From Gemmatimonadaceae bacterium (GTDB taxonomy: Bacteria; Gemmatimonadota; Gemmatimonadetes; Gemmatimonadales; Gemmatimonadaceae): DNA of 55,302 bases. This document shows, piece by piece, positions 47,230 through 55,302 of the stretch. Each line of letters begins with the position of its first letter. Positions within the stretch are counted from its first letter, which is position 1. Location: NCBI GenBank assembly GCA_051306215.1, contig JBPPMU010000216.1, positions 1 through 55,302 of the forward strand, in the 5' to 3' direction. Under the pieces are notes generated by a model. That model had not been told where the DNA came from. It made no database searches and was given only the letters and a program-made list of their open reading frames with translations. The position numbers and the translations under genes were made by a program.

Positions 47230-49713
47230 ATGCCAATACCTGCCTCGCCCCCGGCCGGATCTGCCCAGCTCAATCAGAATGCGCGCACGGTCATCGAGAA
47301 GCGCTATTTGATAAAGGACTCAAAGGGCAAGCCGACCGAGATGCCGGAAGACATGTTCTGGCGCGTGGCGAGCGTGGTGGCTGAAGCCGACAGGCGGTAC
47401 GGGGCGAGTGACGAGGCGGTTACAGCGGCTGCGACGGAGTTCTACGAGCTGATGACTCAGCGCCGGTTCGAGCCGAACTCGCCGACGCTCATGAACGCGG
47501 GCCGCCCGCTGGGGCAGCTTTCGGCGTGTTTCGTCCTGCCCGTCGAGGACTCGCTCTCCAATGGCCAGAACGGCATCTACGACACTCTTCGCTCGATGGC
47601 GCTGATTCACCAGTCCGGCGGAGGCACCGGGTTCAGCTTCTCGCGGCTTCGCGGAACGGGCTCGATGGTGCGCTCGACGACCGGCGTAGCGTCGGGGCCC
47701 GTGTCGTTCATGAAGCTCTACGATGCATCGACCGACGCAGTGAAGCAGGGTGGAACCCGTCGCGGCGCGAACATGGGTATCCTGCGCGTCGATCATCCTG
47801 ACATCATGACGTTCATAACGTGCAAGGAAGACCTCACGCAGATCACCAACTTCAACATCTCCGTCGCGGTGACGACGAGGTTCATGGAAGCCGTGAAGGC
47901 GGGGACGAGTTACGACCTGGTCGAGCCGTCGAGCGGCGAAGTGGCGGGGCAGATGGACGCGCGCGAAGTCTGGGAGAAGATGATCGACGGCGCGTGGAGA
48001 ACCGGCGAGCCCGGCTGTTTCTTCATCGACGAAGCGAACCACTTCAACCCGGTTCCGCATGTCGGCGCATATGAGGCGACAAACCCATGCGGCGAGCAGC
48101 CGCTGCTTGCCTATGACGTCTGCAACCTCGGCTCGATCAACATCGGTTATTACGTCATCGGCGGGGAGATGAACTGGGATGCCCTCGCGACGGATATCCA
48201 CACTTCGGTCCGCTTCCTCGACAACATCATCGACGTAAACAAGTACCCGCTTCCCGAGATCGACGCGCTCTCGAAGCGCATCCGCCGGATTGGATTCGGC
48301 GTGATGGGTTTTGCCGACGCGCTGGTAAAGCTTGGCATTCCGTACAACACGGATGACGGAATCGAATTCGGCCGGAAGCTCCAGGAGTTCGTGGACGTCG
48401 AGTCGAAGAAGGAGAGCGAGCGTCTCGCCGACGAACGCGGGCCGTTCCCCGAGTGGGCTCGCTCGATCTGGGGCCCTGACGAGACCTGCGCGCGGGATGC
48501 AGAAGGAAATCGCATCCGTCCGATGCAGATGCTCCGCAACTGCAACGTGAACACTATCGCTCCAACGGGAACCATCTCGATCATCGCCGGATGCTCGTCG
48601 GGAATCGAGCCCCTGTTCGCAGTCGCATTCATGCGGAACCAGGCAGGCGTGATGATGCCCGACGTAAACGAGGACTTCCTCTCGATCGCAAGGGCCGAGG
48701 GATGGTACTCGGACGAGCTCATCGAGAAGATCGCCAAGCAGGGACACATTCACTTCGACGAAGTCCCCGAGAAGTGGCAGCGTGTTTTCGTCACCGCTCA
48801 CGACATCACGCCCGAGTGGCACGTCCGCATGCAGGCCGCTTTCCAGGAGAATTGCGATTCGGCGATCTCCAAGACGACGAACTTCCCGCACGCGGCGACG
48901 CGCGATGACGTCAGGGCGATCTACGAGCTCGCCTACGATCTCAAGTGCAAGGGCGTCACGGTCTACCGCGACGGCTCGCGCGACAACCAGGTCCTCTCAA
49001 CCGGAGCGACTGACAAGGCGAAGGCCGAGCGCGACGGCACCGATGTGCGGGGCGAGGTCGGCGACCTGAAGGGAACGATTTCCGAGCTCGAGGCGGAGAT
49101 CGGGAAGCTCCGCAAGGACCTGTTCGACGCCGAGGCGGAGAATCTCCAGCGCCGCCAGAAAAGAGCGCGCCCGGATACGCTCCGCGGCACGACGTCACGG
49201 ATGGAAACGCCGCTGGGCACGATGTTCGTCAACATCACCGAGGACGATCGCGGCCAGCCCTTCGAGGTTTTCATAAACCTCGGCAAGGCAGGCGGCGCCG
49301 CAATGGCCGATGTCGAGGCGATCGGTCGTCTCATCTCGCTCGCGCTCCGTTCGGGAATCTCGATTCAGGCAATTCACCGCCAGCTTCGTGGCATCGCTTC
49401 CGACCGCGCGATCGGGCTCGGACCGAACAAGGTCATGTCGGTGCCTGATGCGATCGGTATCGCGCTCGAGTCATGGATGCGGCAGAAACAGGGAGTGCAG
49501 CAGGAGCTCCTTAATGCCGAATCGTCGAGCACCGAGGGTTCACCGGTAAAGGCCGCAGCGCCGGCGGGCGGGGGGGCGCAGGGTCAGTACGAGTTCGAGA
49601 GTGTCAACCGCGACCAGTCGTTCATGGCAACCTGCCCCGACTGCGGGTCGCAGCTGGAGCAGGCAGAAGGCTGCTCCAAGTGCCACGTCTGCGGCTTCTC
49701 CGAATGCGGGTGA
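47230..49713 (+). CDS. nrdJ: Class II (B12-dependent) ribonucleotide reductase with C-terminal TSCPD-like and zinc-ribbon region
   Basis: PNSPTLMNAG, LSACFV, ATNPCGEQ, APTGTIS, KGVTVYRDGSR, PFEVF, SVPD, CPDC...CHVCGFSEC. Confidence 0.93.
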   Translation: MPIPASPPAGSAQLNQNARTVIEKRYLIKDSKGKPTEMPEDMFWRVASVVAEADRRYGASDEAVTAAATEFYELMTQRRFEPNSPTLMNAGRPLGQLSACFVLPVEDSLSNGQNGIYDTLRSMALIHQSGGGTGFSFSRLRGTGSMVRSTTGVASGPVSFMKLYDASTDAVKQGGTRRGANMGILRVDHPDIMTFITCKEDLTQITNFNISVAVTTRFMEAVKAGTSYDLVEPSSGEVAGQMDAREVWEKMIDGAWRTGEPGCFFIDEANHFNPVPHVGAYEATNPCGEQPLLAYDVCNLGSINIGYYVIGGEMNWDALATDIHTSVRFLDNIIDVNKYPLPEIDALSKRIRRIGFGVMGFADALVKLGIPYNTDDGIEFGRKLQEFVDVESKKESERLADERGPFPEWARSIWGPDETCARDAEGNRIRPMQMLRNCNVNTIAPTGTISIIAGCSSGIEPLFAVAFMRNQAGVMMPDVNEDFLSIARAEGWYSDELIEKIAKQGHIHFDEVPEKWQRVFVTAHDITPEWHVRMQAAFQENCDSAISKTTNFPHAATRDDVRAIYELAYDLKCKGVTVYRDGSRDNQVLSTGATDKAKAERDGTDVRGEVGDLKGTISELEAEIGKLRKDLFDAEAENLQRRQKRARPDTLRGTTSRMETPLGTMFVNITEDDRGQPFEVFINLGKAGGAAMADVEAIGRLISLALRSGISIQAIHRQLRGIASDRAIGLGPNKVMSVPDAIGIALESWMRQKQGVQQELLNAESSSTEGSPVKAAAPAGGGAQGQYEFESVNRDQSFMATCPDCGSQLEQAEGCSKCHVCGFSECG

Positions 49714-49742
49714 GCTGATTCCGCCGGGCGTAAGGCGGATAC

Positions 49743-49776
49743 AAAAAGGCCCGTCGATGCTCGACGGGCCTTTTTT
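49743..49776 (+). terminator. Rho-independent terminator after nrdJ (bidirectional form)
   Basis: AAAAAGGCCCGTCGA-TGC-TCGACGGGCCTTTTTT. Confidence 0.92.
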
Positions 49777-49791
49777 CTCGACAGAACCCAG

Positions 49792-49925
49792 GAGCATGGT
49801 TCACAGATGACACTGATGTGGCGCTGATGACTCAGAGGAAAGTCTTTGGTTCGGGCATCACGCGCGGTTCCGGCGTGCCTGCGTCGTCGCAAGTGCCACA
49901 TCGGTGTCATCCGTGATCCCTGCTC
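49792..49925. repeat. Long imperfect inverted repeat (~40-nt arms)
   Basis: GGTTCACAGATGACACTGATGTGGCGCT vs AGTGCCACATCGGTGTCATCCGTGATCC, with further pairing on both sides. Confidence 0.8.
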
Positions 49926-49988
49926 TTCCGCTCTACGGGGCCCCCGGGTCCCCGACTGCATTTTCTCCCTTGCGCGCCCGTGCGAAAA

Positions 49989-50216
49989 GTGGCTCCGTAC
50001 AGAATCACCCCAACAGGGCAGAAAATGGATCCGAGAAAGCTGGCGGCACTGGCCAGAAAGAACGCTGCAAAATCCGGAACCACGTCGCGGGTTCCAAAGC
50101 AGTTCGGGAAGAAGTACGATCCCAATCTCGCCGATGTCCCCCAGGACGAAGCGTCCCTCAAGCAGCAGCAGGAAAGCGACAGATTCTTCGCCGAGATGAA
50201 GAAGCGGGATTTCTGA
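49989..50216 (+). CDS. Small hypothetical protein
   Basis: Charged 63-75 aa ORF with typical codon usage; start uncertain (GTG 49989 or ATG 50025). Confidence 0.55.
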   Translation: MAPYRITPTGQKMDPRKLAALARKNAAKSGTTSRVPKQFGKKYDPNLADVPQDEASLKQQQESDRFFAEMKKRDF

Positions 50217-50232
50217 GAGAGGAGAAAGAAAG

Positions 50233-50628
50233 ATGAAGCGGCTGATAAGCGCGCTGGTGCTCGGGCTCGTAATCGGAGGATGCGGTTCGAGCCGCGCCCC
50301 GGAAACGGGCTACGGGTTCCGCAACAGGAGCGTGATCACCTTCGACGAGATCACCGCGTCCAGGTCCGGTAACGCATCCGCCTACGACCTCATCCAGCGG
50401 CTCCGTCCCGAGTACTTCCGCTCACGCGGTCCCTCCTCTCTCAACAACCTCGCTCCTGTCACGGCTGTCGTGTACGTCGATGAGGTCAGGTATGGGGAGA
50501 TCGAGTCGCTTCGCACGATGAGCGCCGACCAGATTCGGGAAGTCCATTACATAAACGCTTCGGATGCCACGACCCGGTTCGGCAGTGATCACGTGGGCGG
50601 GGCAATCCTCATCACGACGAGATCGTAG
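50233..50628 (+). CDS. Lipoprotein resembling a stand-alone TonB-receptor plug domain
   Basis: Lipobox IGGC; SVITFDEI, YDLIQRLRP, VYVDE, ATTRFG...GGAILITTR; GAGGAG upstream. Confidence 0.75.
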   Translation: MKRLISALVLGLVIGGCGSSRAPETGYGFRNRSVITFDEITASRSGNASAYDLIQRLRPEYFRSRGPSSLNNLAPVTAVVYVDEVRYGEIESLRTMSADQIREVHYINASDATTRFGSDHVGGAILITTRS

Positions 50629-50633
50629 ACAAA

Positions 50634-50675
50634 CAGGAGGCTGGCCGCCTCCTGCATCCCGACCGGCGGGGATGC
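50634..50675. other. Two adjacent short hairpins after the plug-domain gene
   Basis: CAGGAGGC-TGGCC-GCCTCCTG and GCATCCC...GGGATGC. Confidence 0.45.
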
Positions 50676-50758
50676 GCGAAAGCTCTCTCCGTTGCTGATC
50701 AATTATGCGCGGCATCGGGACCCCTCCGCAGTTAGAATTGAGGGATGGAGGGGATAAC

Positions 50759-51889
50759 GTGACGAGCAGGCTCGCAAAACTTCAGGATGAAGGCCAGTCA
50801 ATCTGGCTCGACAACATCGACCGCCGCATGCTGCACGACGGCGACCTCGAGCGGCGCATTCTCGAGGATTCGCTCACCGGCATGACGTCGAACCCGACGA
50901 TCTTCGAAAAAGCCCTGTCGGAGGGCGAGGACTACGACGAGCAGCTGTCCGGGGCGCTGCCGGACATTTCACCCCATGAGCTGTTCGAGCTCGTCGAGAC
51001 AACCGACGTCCAGAGCGCCTGCGACCTGTTCGCCGGCGTGTACTCCCGTACGAGGGGCGCTGACGGGTACGTATCGATCGAGGTCTCACCCGGCGTGGCC
51101 AACGAGAGCGCGGCGACGGTTCACGAGGCGAAGCGCCTGTGGGAAACGGTCGACCGGCCCAACGTGATGGTGAAGGTGCCCGGGACAGCGGAAGGCGCCA
51201 TCGCGGTTCGCGAGCTCACCGCGGCCGGCATCAACGTCAACATCACCCTGCTTTTTTCGATCGATGCCCACGACCGCGTGATCGACGCGTACATGTCAGG
51301 CCTCGAGGACCGCGCCGCGGCAGGAAATCCCTTCGATCATGTCTTCTCCGTCGCCAGCTTCTTCGTGAGCCGTGTCGATACGGAAGTCGACAAGCGGCTC
51401 GACGCCATGATCAAGGCCGCGAATCCGACAGACCGGGACCGGCTCAAGATGCTGAAGGGAAGGGCGGCGGTCGCGAACGCGAAGCTCGCATACCGGCTTT
51501 TCCGGCGACGCTTCGGCGACGAGCGATGGAAGGCGCTCGAGGAACAGGGTGCCCGCCCTCAGCAGCCTCTGTGGGCAAGCACAAGCGTCAAGAACCCTGC
51601 GTACCGCGACGTCATGTACGTGGAGGAGCTGATCGGCCCCGACACGGTCAACACGATGCCACCGGGACTCATCGACGCATTCCGCGATCACGGCGACGTC
51701 CAGCGCACAGTCGACAAGCGGCTCGGCGCAGCAGAGGGCCTGCTTCGTGAGATCGAGGCGGTCGGTATTTCGATGCGCGACGTCACCGACACGCTTCTCG
51801 TGGAAGGGCTCGCGAGCTTCCAGAAGTCATTCGACTCCCTTACCGCGGGCATCGAGCGGAAGATGAGCCAGCTTTCAGGGCTGAAGTGA
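50759..51889 (+). CDS. tal: Transaldolase (~376-aa type)
   Basis: QSIWLD, GMTSNPTIF, VSIEVSP, NVMVKVP, NVNITLLFS, SFFVSRVD, LWASTS; GTG after GGAGG. Confidence 0.96.
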   Translation: MTSRLAKLQDEGQSIWLDNIDRRMLHDGDLERRILEDSLTGMTSNPTIFEKALSEGEDYDEQLSGALPDISPHELFELVETTDVQSACDLFAGVYSRTRGADGYVSIEVSPGVANESAATVHEAKRLWETVDRPNVMVKVPGTAEGAIAVRELTAAGINVNITLLFSIDAHDRVIDAYMSGLEDRAAAGNPFDHVFSVASFFVSRVDTEVDKRLDAMIKAANPTDRDRLKMLKGRAAVANAKLAYRLFRRRFGDERWKALEEQGARPQQPLWASTSVKNPAYRDVMYVEELIGPDTVNTMPPGLIDAFRDHGDVQRTVDKRLGAAEGLLREIEAVGISMRDVTDTLLVEGLASFQKSFDSLTAGIERKMSQLSGLK

Positions 51890-53304
51890 AAGGCACCTAC
51901 ATACAGCGAACCAAGATCGTCTGCACGCTCGGGCCAGCGAGCGCGACCGAAGAGGGGATTCGAGGACTTATCGATGGGGGGATGAACGTCGCCCGCCTCA
52001 ACTTCTCCCACGGAACCCACACGCAGCACGCCGAGACGGTAGCCACACTCCGCCGGCTGTCGAGGGAGAAGTCGCACCCCGTGGCGATACTGGGTGACCT
52101 TCAGGGTCCGCGAATTCGAGTCGGGGACATTCCTGGCGAGATCCACGTTCAGCAGGGAGAAGATCTCGTTCTCGTCCAGGAAGGCCTGGAAACGGAGGGT
52201 GAGATCCCCATCACTTACGACGCCCTCGCAAGCGACGTGCACGTGGGCGACAGGATCCTCATCGACGACGGGCTGATCGAGCTGATCGCGATTGACGTGA
52301 CACATCCGCGGGTGACGGCCCGGGTGCTTCATGGAGGCGCGATAAACCCACACAAGGGACTGAACCTCCCCGGCGTGCACGTTTCGGCGCCGTCGATAAC
52401 CGACAAGGACGTCGCTGACATCCGGTTCGCGATCGAGCAGGATCTCGACTACATCGCGCTCAGCTTCGTGCGCCGCGCGACCGACATCGAGCAACTTCGC
52501 GCGATGCTCCCGAAAGGGCTCCTCATCGTCGCGAAGATCGAGAAGGATGTCGCGCTCACCAACATCGAAAGCATCATAGAGGCGTCGGACGGCGTGATGG
52601 TCGCCCGCGGGGACCTCGGGGTGGAGCTGCCGTTCGAGGAAGTCCCGGGTGCGCAGAAGCGGATCATCGCGCTCGCAAACCTCCTTGGCCGGCCGGTGAT
52701 CACCGCCACGCAGATGCTCGAGTCGATGATCGAGAACCCGCGGCCCACCCGCGCGGAGGCAAGCGACGTCGCGAACGCCATCCTCGACGGTACTGACGCT
52801 GTCATGCTTTCGGCCGAGACTGCCGCGGGCGCGTACCCGAGGCTCGCCGTTGAGGCGATGCGGCGCATCATCACGCAGATCGAGATGCACCCGCCCGTCA
52901 CGCGCGGCCCGAGGCGCGTGCCACGCGACTCTGAGTCGGCCGTCGCAACCGAGGTTGCAATCGCCGCGGCGACGACCGCCGCCGTTGGAATGCTTCACGC
53001 TCCGCTCGTAGTGGTATTCACGAAAAGCGGTTTCTCCGCGCGCGTAGTCGCGGCTCACCGCCCGGGCGTTTCGATCCTGGTCCTCACAGACCAGGAGCGC
53101 ACATATCGCCAGCTGTCGCTCGTCTGGGGAGTGATCCCGGCACTGGTTCCGCATTGCGACACGTACGCCGAGATGATGGATCGCGCCAGGGACGTCGTGG
53201 TCTCGAGGAAACTCGCAAACCGCGGTGACCGGATCGTCGTCACTGCCGGAGTTCCGTTCGATACACCCGGCACGACGAATCTCCTCAAGGTCGAAGTGGT
53301 GTGA
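51886..53304 (+). CDS. pyk: Pyruvate kinase
   Basis: RTKIVCTLGPA, RLNFSHG, AKIE, MVARGDLG, ATQMLESM, PTRAEASD. Confidence 0.98.
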   Translation: MKGTYIQRTKIVCTLGPASATEEGIRGLIDGGMNVARLNFSHGTHTQHAETVATLRRLSREKSHPVAILGDLQGPRIRVGDIPGEIHVQQGEDLVLVQEGLETEGEIPITYDALASDVHVGDRILIDDGLIELIAIDVTHPRVTARVLHGGAINPHKGLNLPGVHVSAPSITDKDVADIRFAIEQDLDYIALSFVRRATDIEQLRAMLPKGLLIVAKIEKDVALTNIESIIEASDGVMVARGDLGVELPFEEVPGAQKRIIALANLLGRPVITATQMLESMIENPRPTRAEASDVANAILDGTDAVMLSAETAAGAYPRLAVEAMRRIITQIEMHPPVTRGPRRVPRDSESAVATEVAIAAATTAAVGMLHAPLVVVFTKSGFSARVVAAHRPGVSILVLTDQERTYRQLSLVWGVIPALVPHCDTYAEMMDRARDVVVSRKLANRGDRIVVTAGVPFDTPGTTNLLKVEVV

Positions 53305-54080
53305 AGCTCACGTTTCTCGGGACCGGAACGAGCTACGGCGTTCCGCAGGTCGGTTGTGGCTGCGACGTGTGTCACTCGCCCGACCCGCGCGACAAACGCA
53401 CCCGGGTCGGCGCGATAGTCGAGAGCGACAGCGGTGCGAGGCTTCTAATCGACACCCCTCCGGAGCTGCGGCTCCAGCTCATCGCCGCCAGTGTCGACCG
53501 GATCGATGCAGTTCTCTTCACGCACGATCATGCCGATCATGCGCACGGACTCGATGATGTAAGGTCGCTCTCCATCCGCCGCTCGGCGCCGCTCGACATG
53601 TACGGGCCGGAAGATTCCCTCGCCCGTCTCGCTCACCGCTTCAACTACATCTTCGACGAGAAGGTCAGGCCGCTGCCCGGAACTTCGAAACCGGAGGGCC
53701 GCGCAATTGCCCTTCGCGACAGGGAAATGGCGCAGATCGCCGGCGTCGAAGTATTTCCTTTCGCGGTGCCCCATGGTTCCGTGACGGTCTTTGGTTACAA
53801 AATTGGCGGACTCTCGTACATCACAGACGCGAAGTCGGTATCCGAAGAGCTCATCGAGGCTCTGCGCGGGACGAGCGTGCTGGTGATAAATGCCCTGTTC
53901 CGGGGCAGCCACCCGACGCACCTCAGCATCCCCGAAGCTGTCGCCGCAGCCGCTGCAATCGGGGCCGGGCGCACGTTTCTGACTCATCTCACGCACGACA
54001 ACTTCCATGCTGACCTCGAGGCCGAGCTTCCCCGCGGAATGAGTCCTGCCTTCGACGGGCTTACAATTCGCATCGACTGA
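53301..54080 (+). CDS. MBL-fold metallohydrolase, PhnP-like
   Basis: FLGTGTS, C-x-C-x-x-C, THDHADHAHG, HLS, THLTH. Confidence 0.9.
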   Translation: MKLTFLGTGTSYGVPQVGCGCDVCHSPDPRDKRTRVGAIVESDSGARLLIDTPPELRLQLIAASVDRIDAVLFTHDHADHAHGLDDVRSLSIRRSAPLDMYGPEDSLARLAHRFNYIFDEKVRPLPGTSKPEGRAIALRDREMAQIAGVEVFPFAVPHGSVTVFGYKIGGLSYITDAKSVSEELIEALRGTSVLVINALFRGSHPTHLSIPEAVAAAAAIGAGRTFLTHLTHDNFHADLEAELPRGMSPAFDGLTIRID

Positions 54081-54085
54081 AACTC

Positions 54086-55302
54086 ATGACGATCCGCATC
54101 GATTATTCGAACATGATCGGCGCCGCCGCTGGCGGAATAGACGAAGCTGACTGGGGTGGGGCTGCCGGAACATTCGCCGGCGCTCATGCGGGTTTCGGAC
54201 GCCTCCGCGAGTCGGGGAATGTGGCGTTCGCCGACGCTGTCAGCGACTCGGCGCTGGAGACACAGTCGACAGCCTTCGCCATTCGCACGCGGAGCAGGTA
54301 TTCCGATGTCGTCATTCTTGGAATCGGCGGATCCGCTCTCGGTCCGATCGCCCTTCGCACCGCGCTGAGGCCGAGTGGATGGAACATGCTCGACGACGCG
54401 GCGCGGGAAGGAAATCCCAGGCTGCACGTTCTCGACAATGTCGACCCTGTCACGATCTCCGCGCTCCTGTCACGTCTCGACCTCGAGCGAACGTTGTTCG
54501 TCGTGACGTCGAAGTCGGGAGGAACAGCGGAAACGATGTCACAGTTTCTCATCGCTCACGAGCGGGTAACCGAAGCGCGGCTTTCACCGGGAGATCATTT
54601 CGTTTTCGTGACCGACCCGGTCCAGGGCGCGCTCAGGCCGCTCGCAGCAGAGCTCTCCGTTCCGGCCCTCGACATACCGCCGGGAGTCGGTGGTCGTTTC
54701 AGCGTGCTGACCCCCGTCGGAATGCTTCCCGCCGCTCTCATGGGGATCGATGTTTCGCGGATCCTCGAAGGCGCAAGGGATATGGTTGACCGCTGTGAGT
54801 CTGGTGTGCTGCAGGAGAATCCAGCGGGAGTTTACGCGACTCTTCAGTGGCTTGCTGACACCCGCCGCGGCAAGCGGATCAACGTGCTGATGCCTTATTC
54901 GGATCCGTTGCGGGATTTTGCCGCATGGTTCGTCCAGCTGTGGGCCGAGAGTCTCGGAAAGTTGAGGCCGGACGGGACGCATGTCGGCCAGACTCCGCTT
55001 GCGGCTCTTGGAGCGACTGACCAGCACAGCCAGGTTCAGCTTTTCATGGAAGGGCCCGAAGACAAGGTGGTCACTATCCTAGCAGTTGGTGATCCCGGTA
55101 CGAATCTCACGGTTCCCCACGGATTCAGCCATGTGAAGGAACTTGGTTATCTCGGCGGCCATTCGCTCGGTGAGCTTCTCGCCGTCGAGCGGCAGGCGAC
55201 TGCAGGAGCGCTGGCGAAGCGCGGCCGTCCCAATCTCACGATTCATCTCGAGCGCGTCGATGAATGGCACGTCGGGGGACTGATAATGCTTTTCGAGCTC
55301 GC
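54086..55302 (+). CDS. pgi: Glucose-6-phosphate isomerase (3' partial; absent from the ORF track)
   Basis: Own translation from ATG 54086: LGIGGSALG, VTSKSGGTAET, VGGRFSVL, QLWAESLGK, GATDQHSQVQL. Confidence 0.95.
   Translation, partial: MTIRIDYSNMIGAAAGGIDEADWGGAAGTFAGAHAGFGRLRESGNVAFADAVSDSALETQSTAFAIRTRSRYSDVVILGIGGSALGPIALRTALRPSGWNMLDDAAREGNPRLHVLDNVDPVTISALLSRLDLERTLFVVTSKSGGTAETMSQFLIAHERVTEARLSPGDHFVFVTDPVQGALRPLAAELSVPALDIPPGVGGRFSVLTPVGMLPAALMGIDVSRILEGARDMVDRCESGVLQENPAGVYATLQWLADTRRGKRINVLMPYSDPLRDFAAWFVQLWAESLGKLRPDGTHVGQTPLAALGATDQHSQVQLFMEGPEDKVVTILAVGDPGTNLTVPHGFSHVKELGYLGGHSLGELLAVERQATAGALAKRGRPNLTIHLERVDEWHVGGLIMLFEL

Noticed and set aside
47320-48891. Long antisense ORFs (also 5285-6436, 9423-10415, 18848-19909, 29045-30574, 51688-53154)
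   Set aside because: Shadow frames opposite well-supported genes, expected from high-GC codon bias; no recognisable motifs
54063-54103. MBL hydrolase ends in TIRID and Pgi starts with MTIRID
   Set aside because: Only five codons with three synonymous differences; most likely coincidence or an old micro-duplication without evident function

Overview
High-GC bacterial chromosomal window of mostly housekeeping genes. Gene order and protein features suggest Gemmatimonadota (inference, not searched). 1-12058: S10-spc ribosomal protein cluster (rplD partial to rplO), secY, adk and map, ending without infA/rpmJ/rpsM. Several r-proteins carry long Lys/Ala- or Gly/Arg-rich tails. 12-23 kb: ftcD, inositol monophosphatase, trpS, M28 peptidase, DUF456, purA, alpha2-type GlyRS and two more peptidases. 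23-31 kb: a tightly coupled run of hypothetical, ubiquitin-like protein, HDAC-family deacetylase, CorA, orphan GvpL/F, zinc-ribbon Ser/Thr kinase, dipeptide epimerase and priA; this is the best candidate for an undescribed system. 31-36 kb: ABC exporter, sensorless His kinase, receiver and alkaline-phosphatase-superfamily enzyme. 36-47 kb: envelope and peptidoglycan recycling (murQ, anmK, SSS symporter, PP2C, amidase, protease-propeller-Omp85 protein). 47-55 kb: nrdJ, tal, pyk, MBL hydrolase and pgi (partial). Several intergenic regions hold long imperfect inverted repeats or short tandem repeats. No tRNA, rRNA, CRISPR, transposase or phage genes were recognised. All family calls come from reading motifs by eye, not from database searches.
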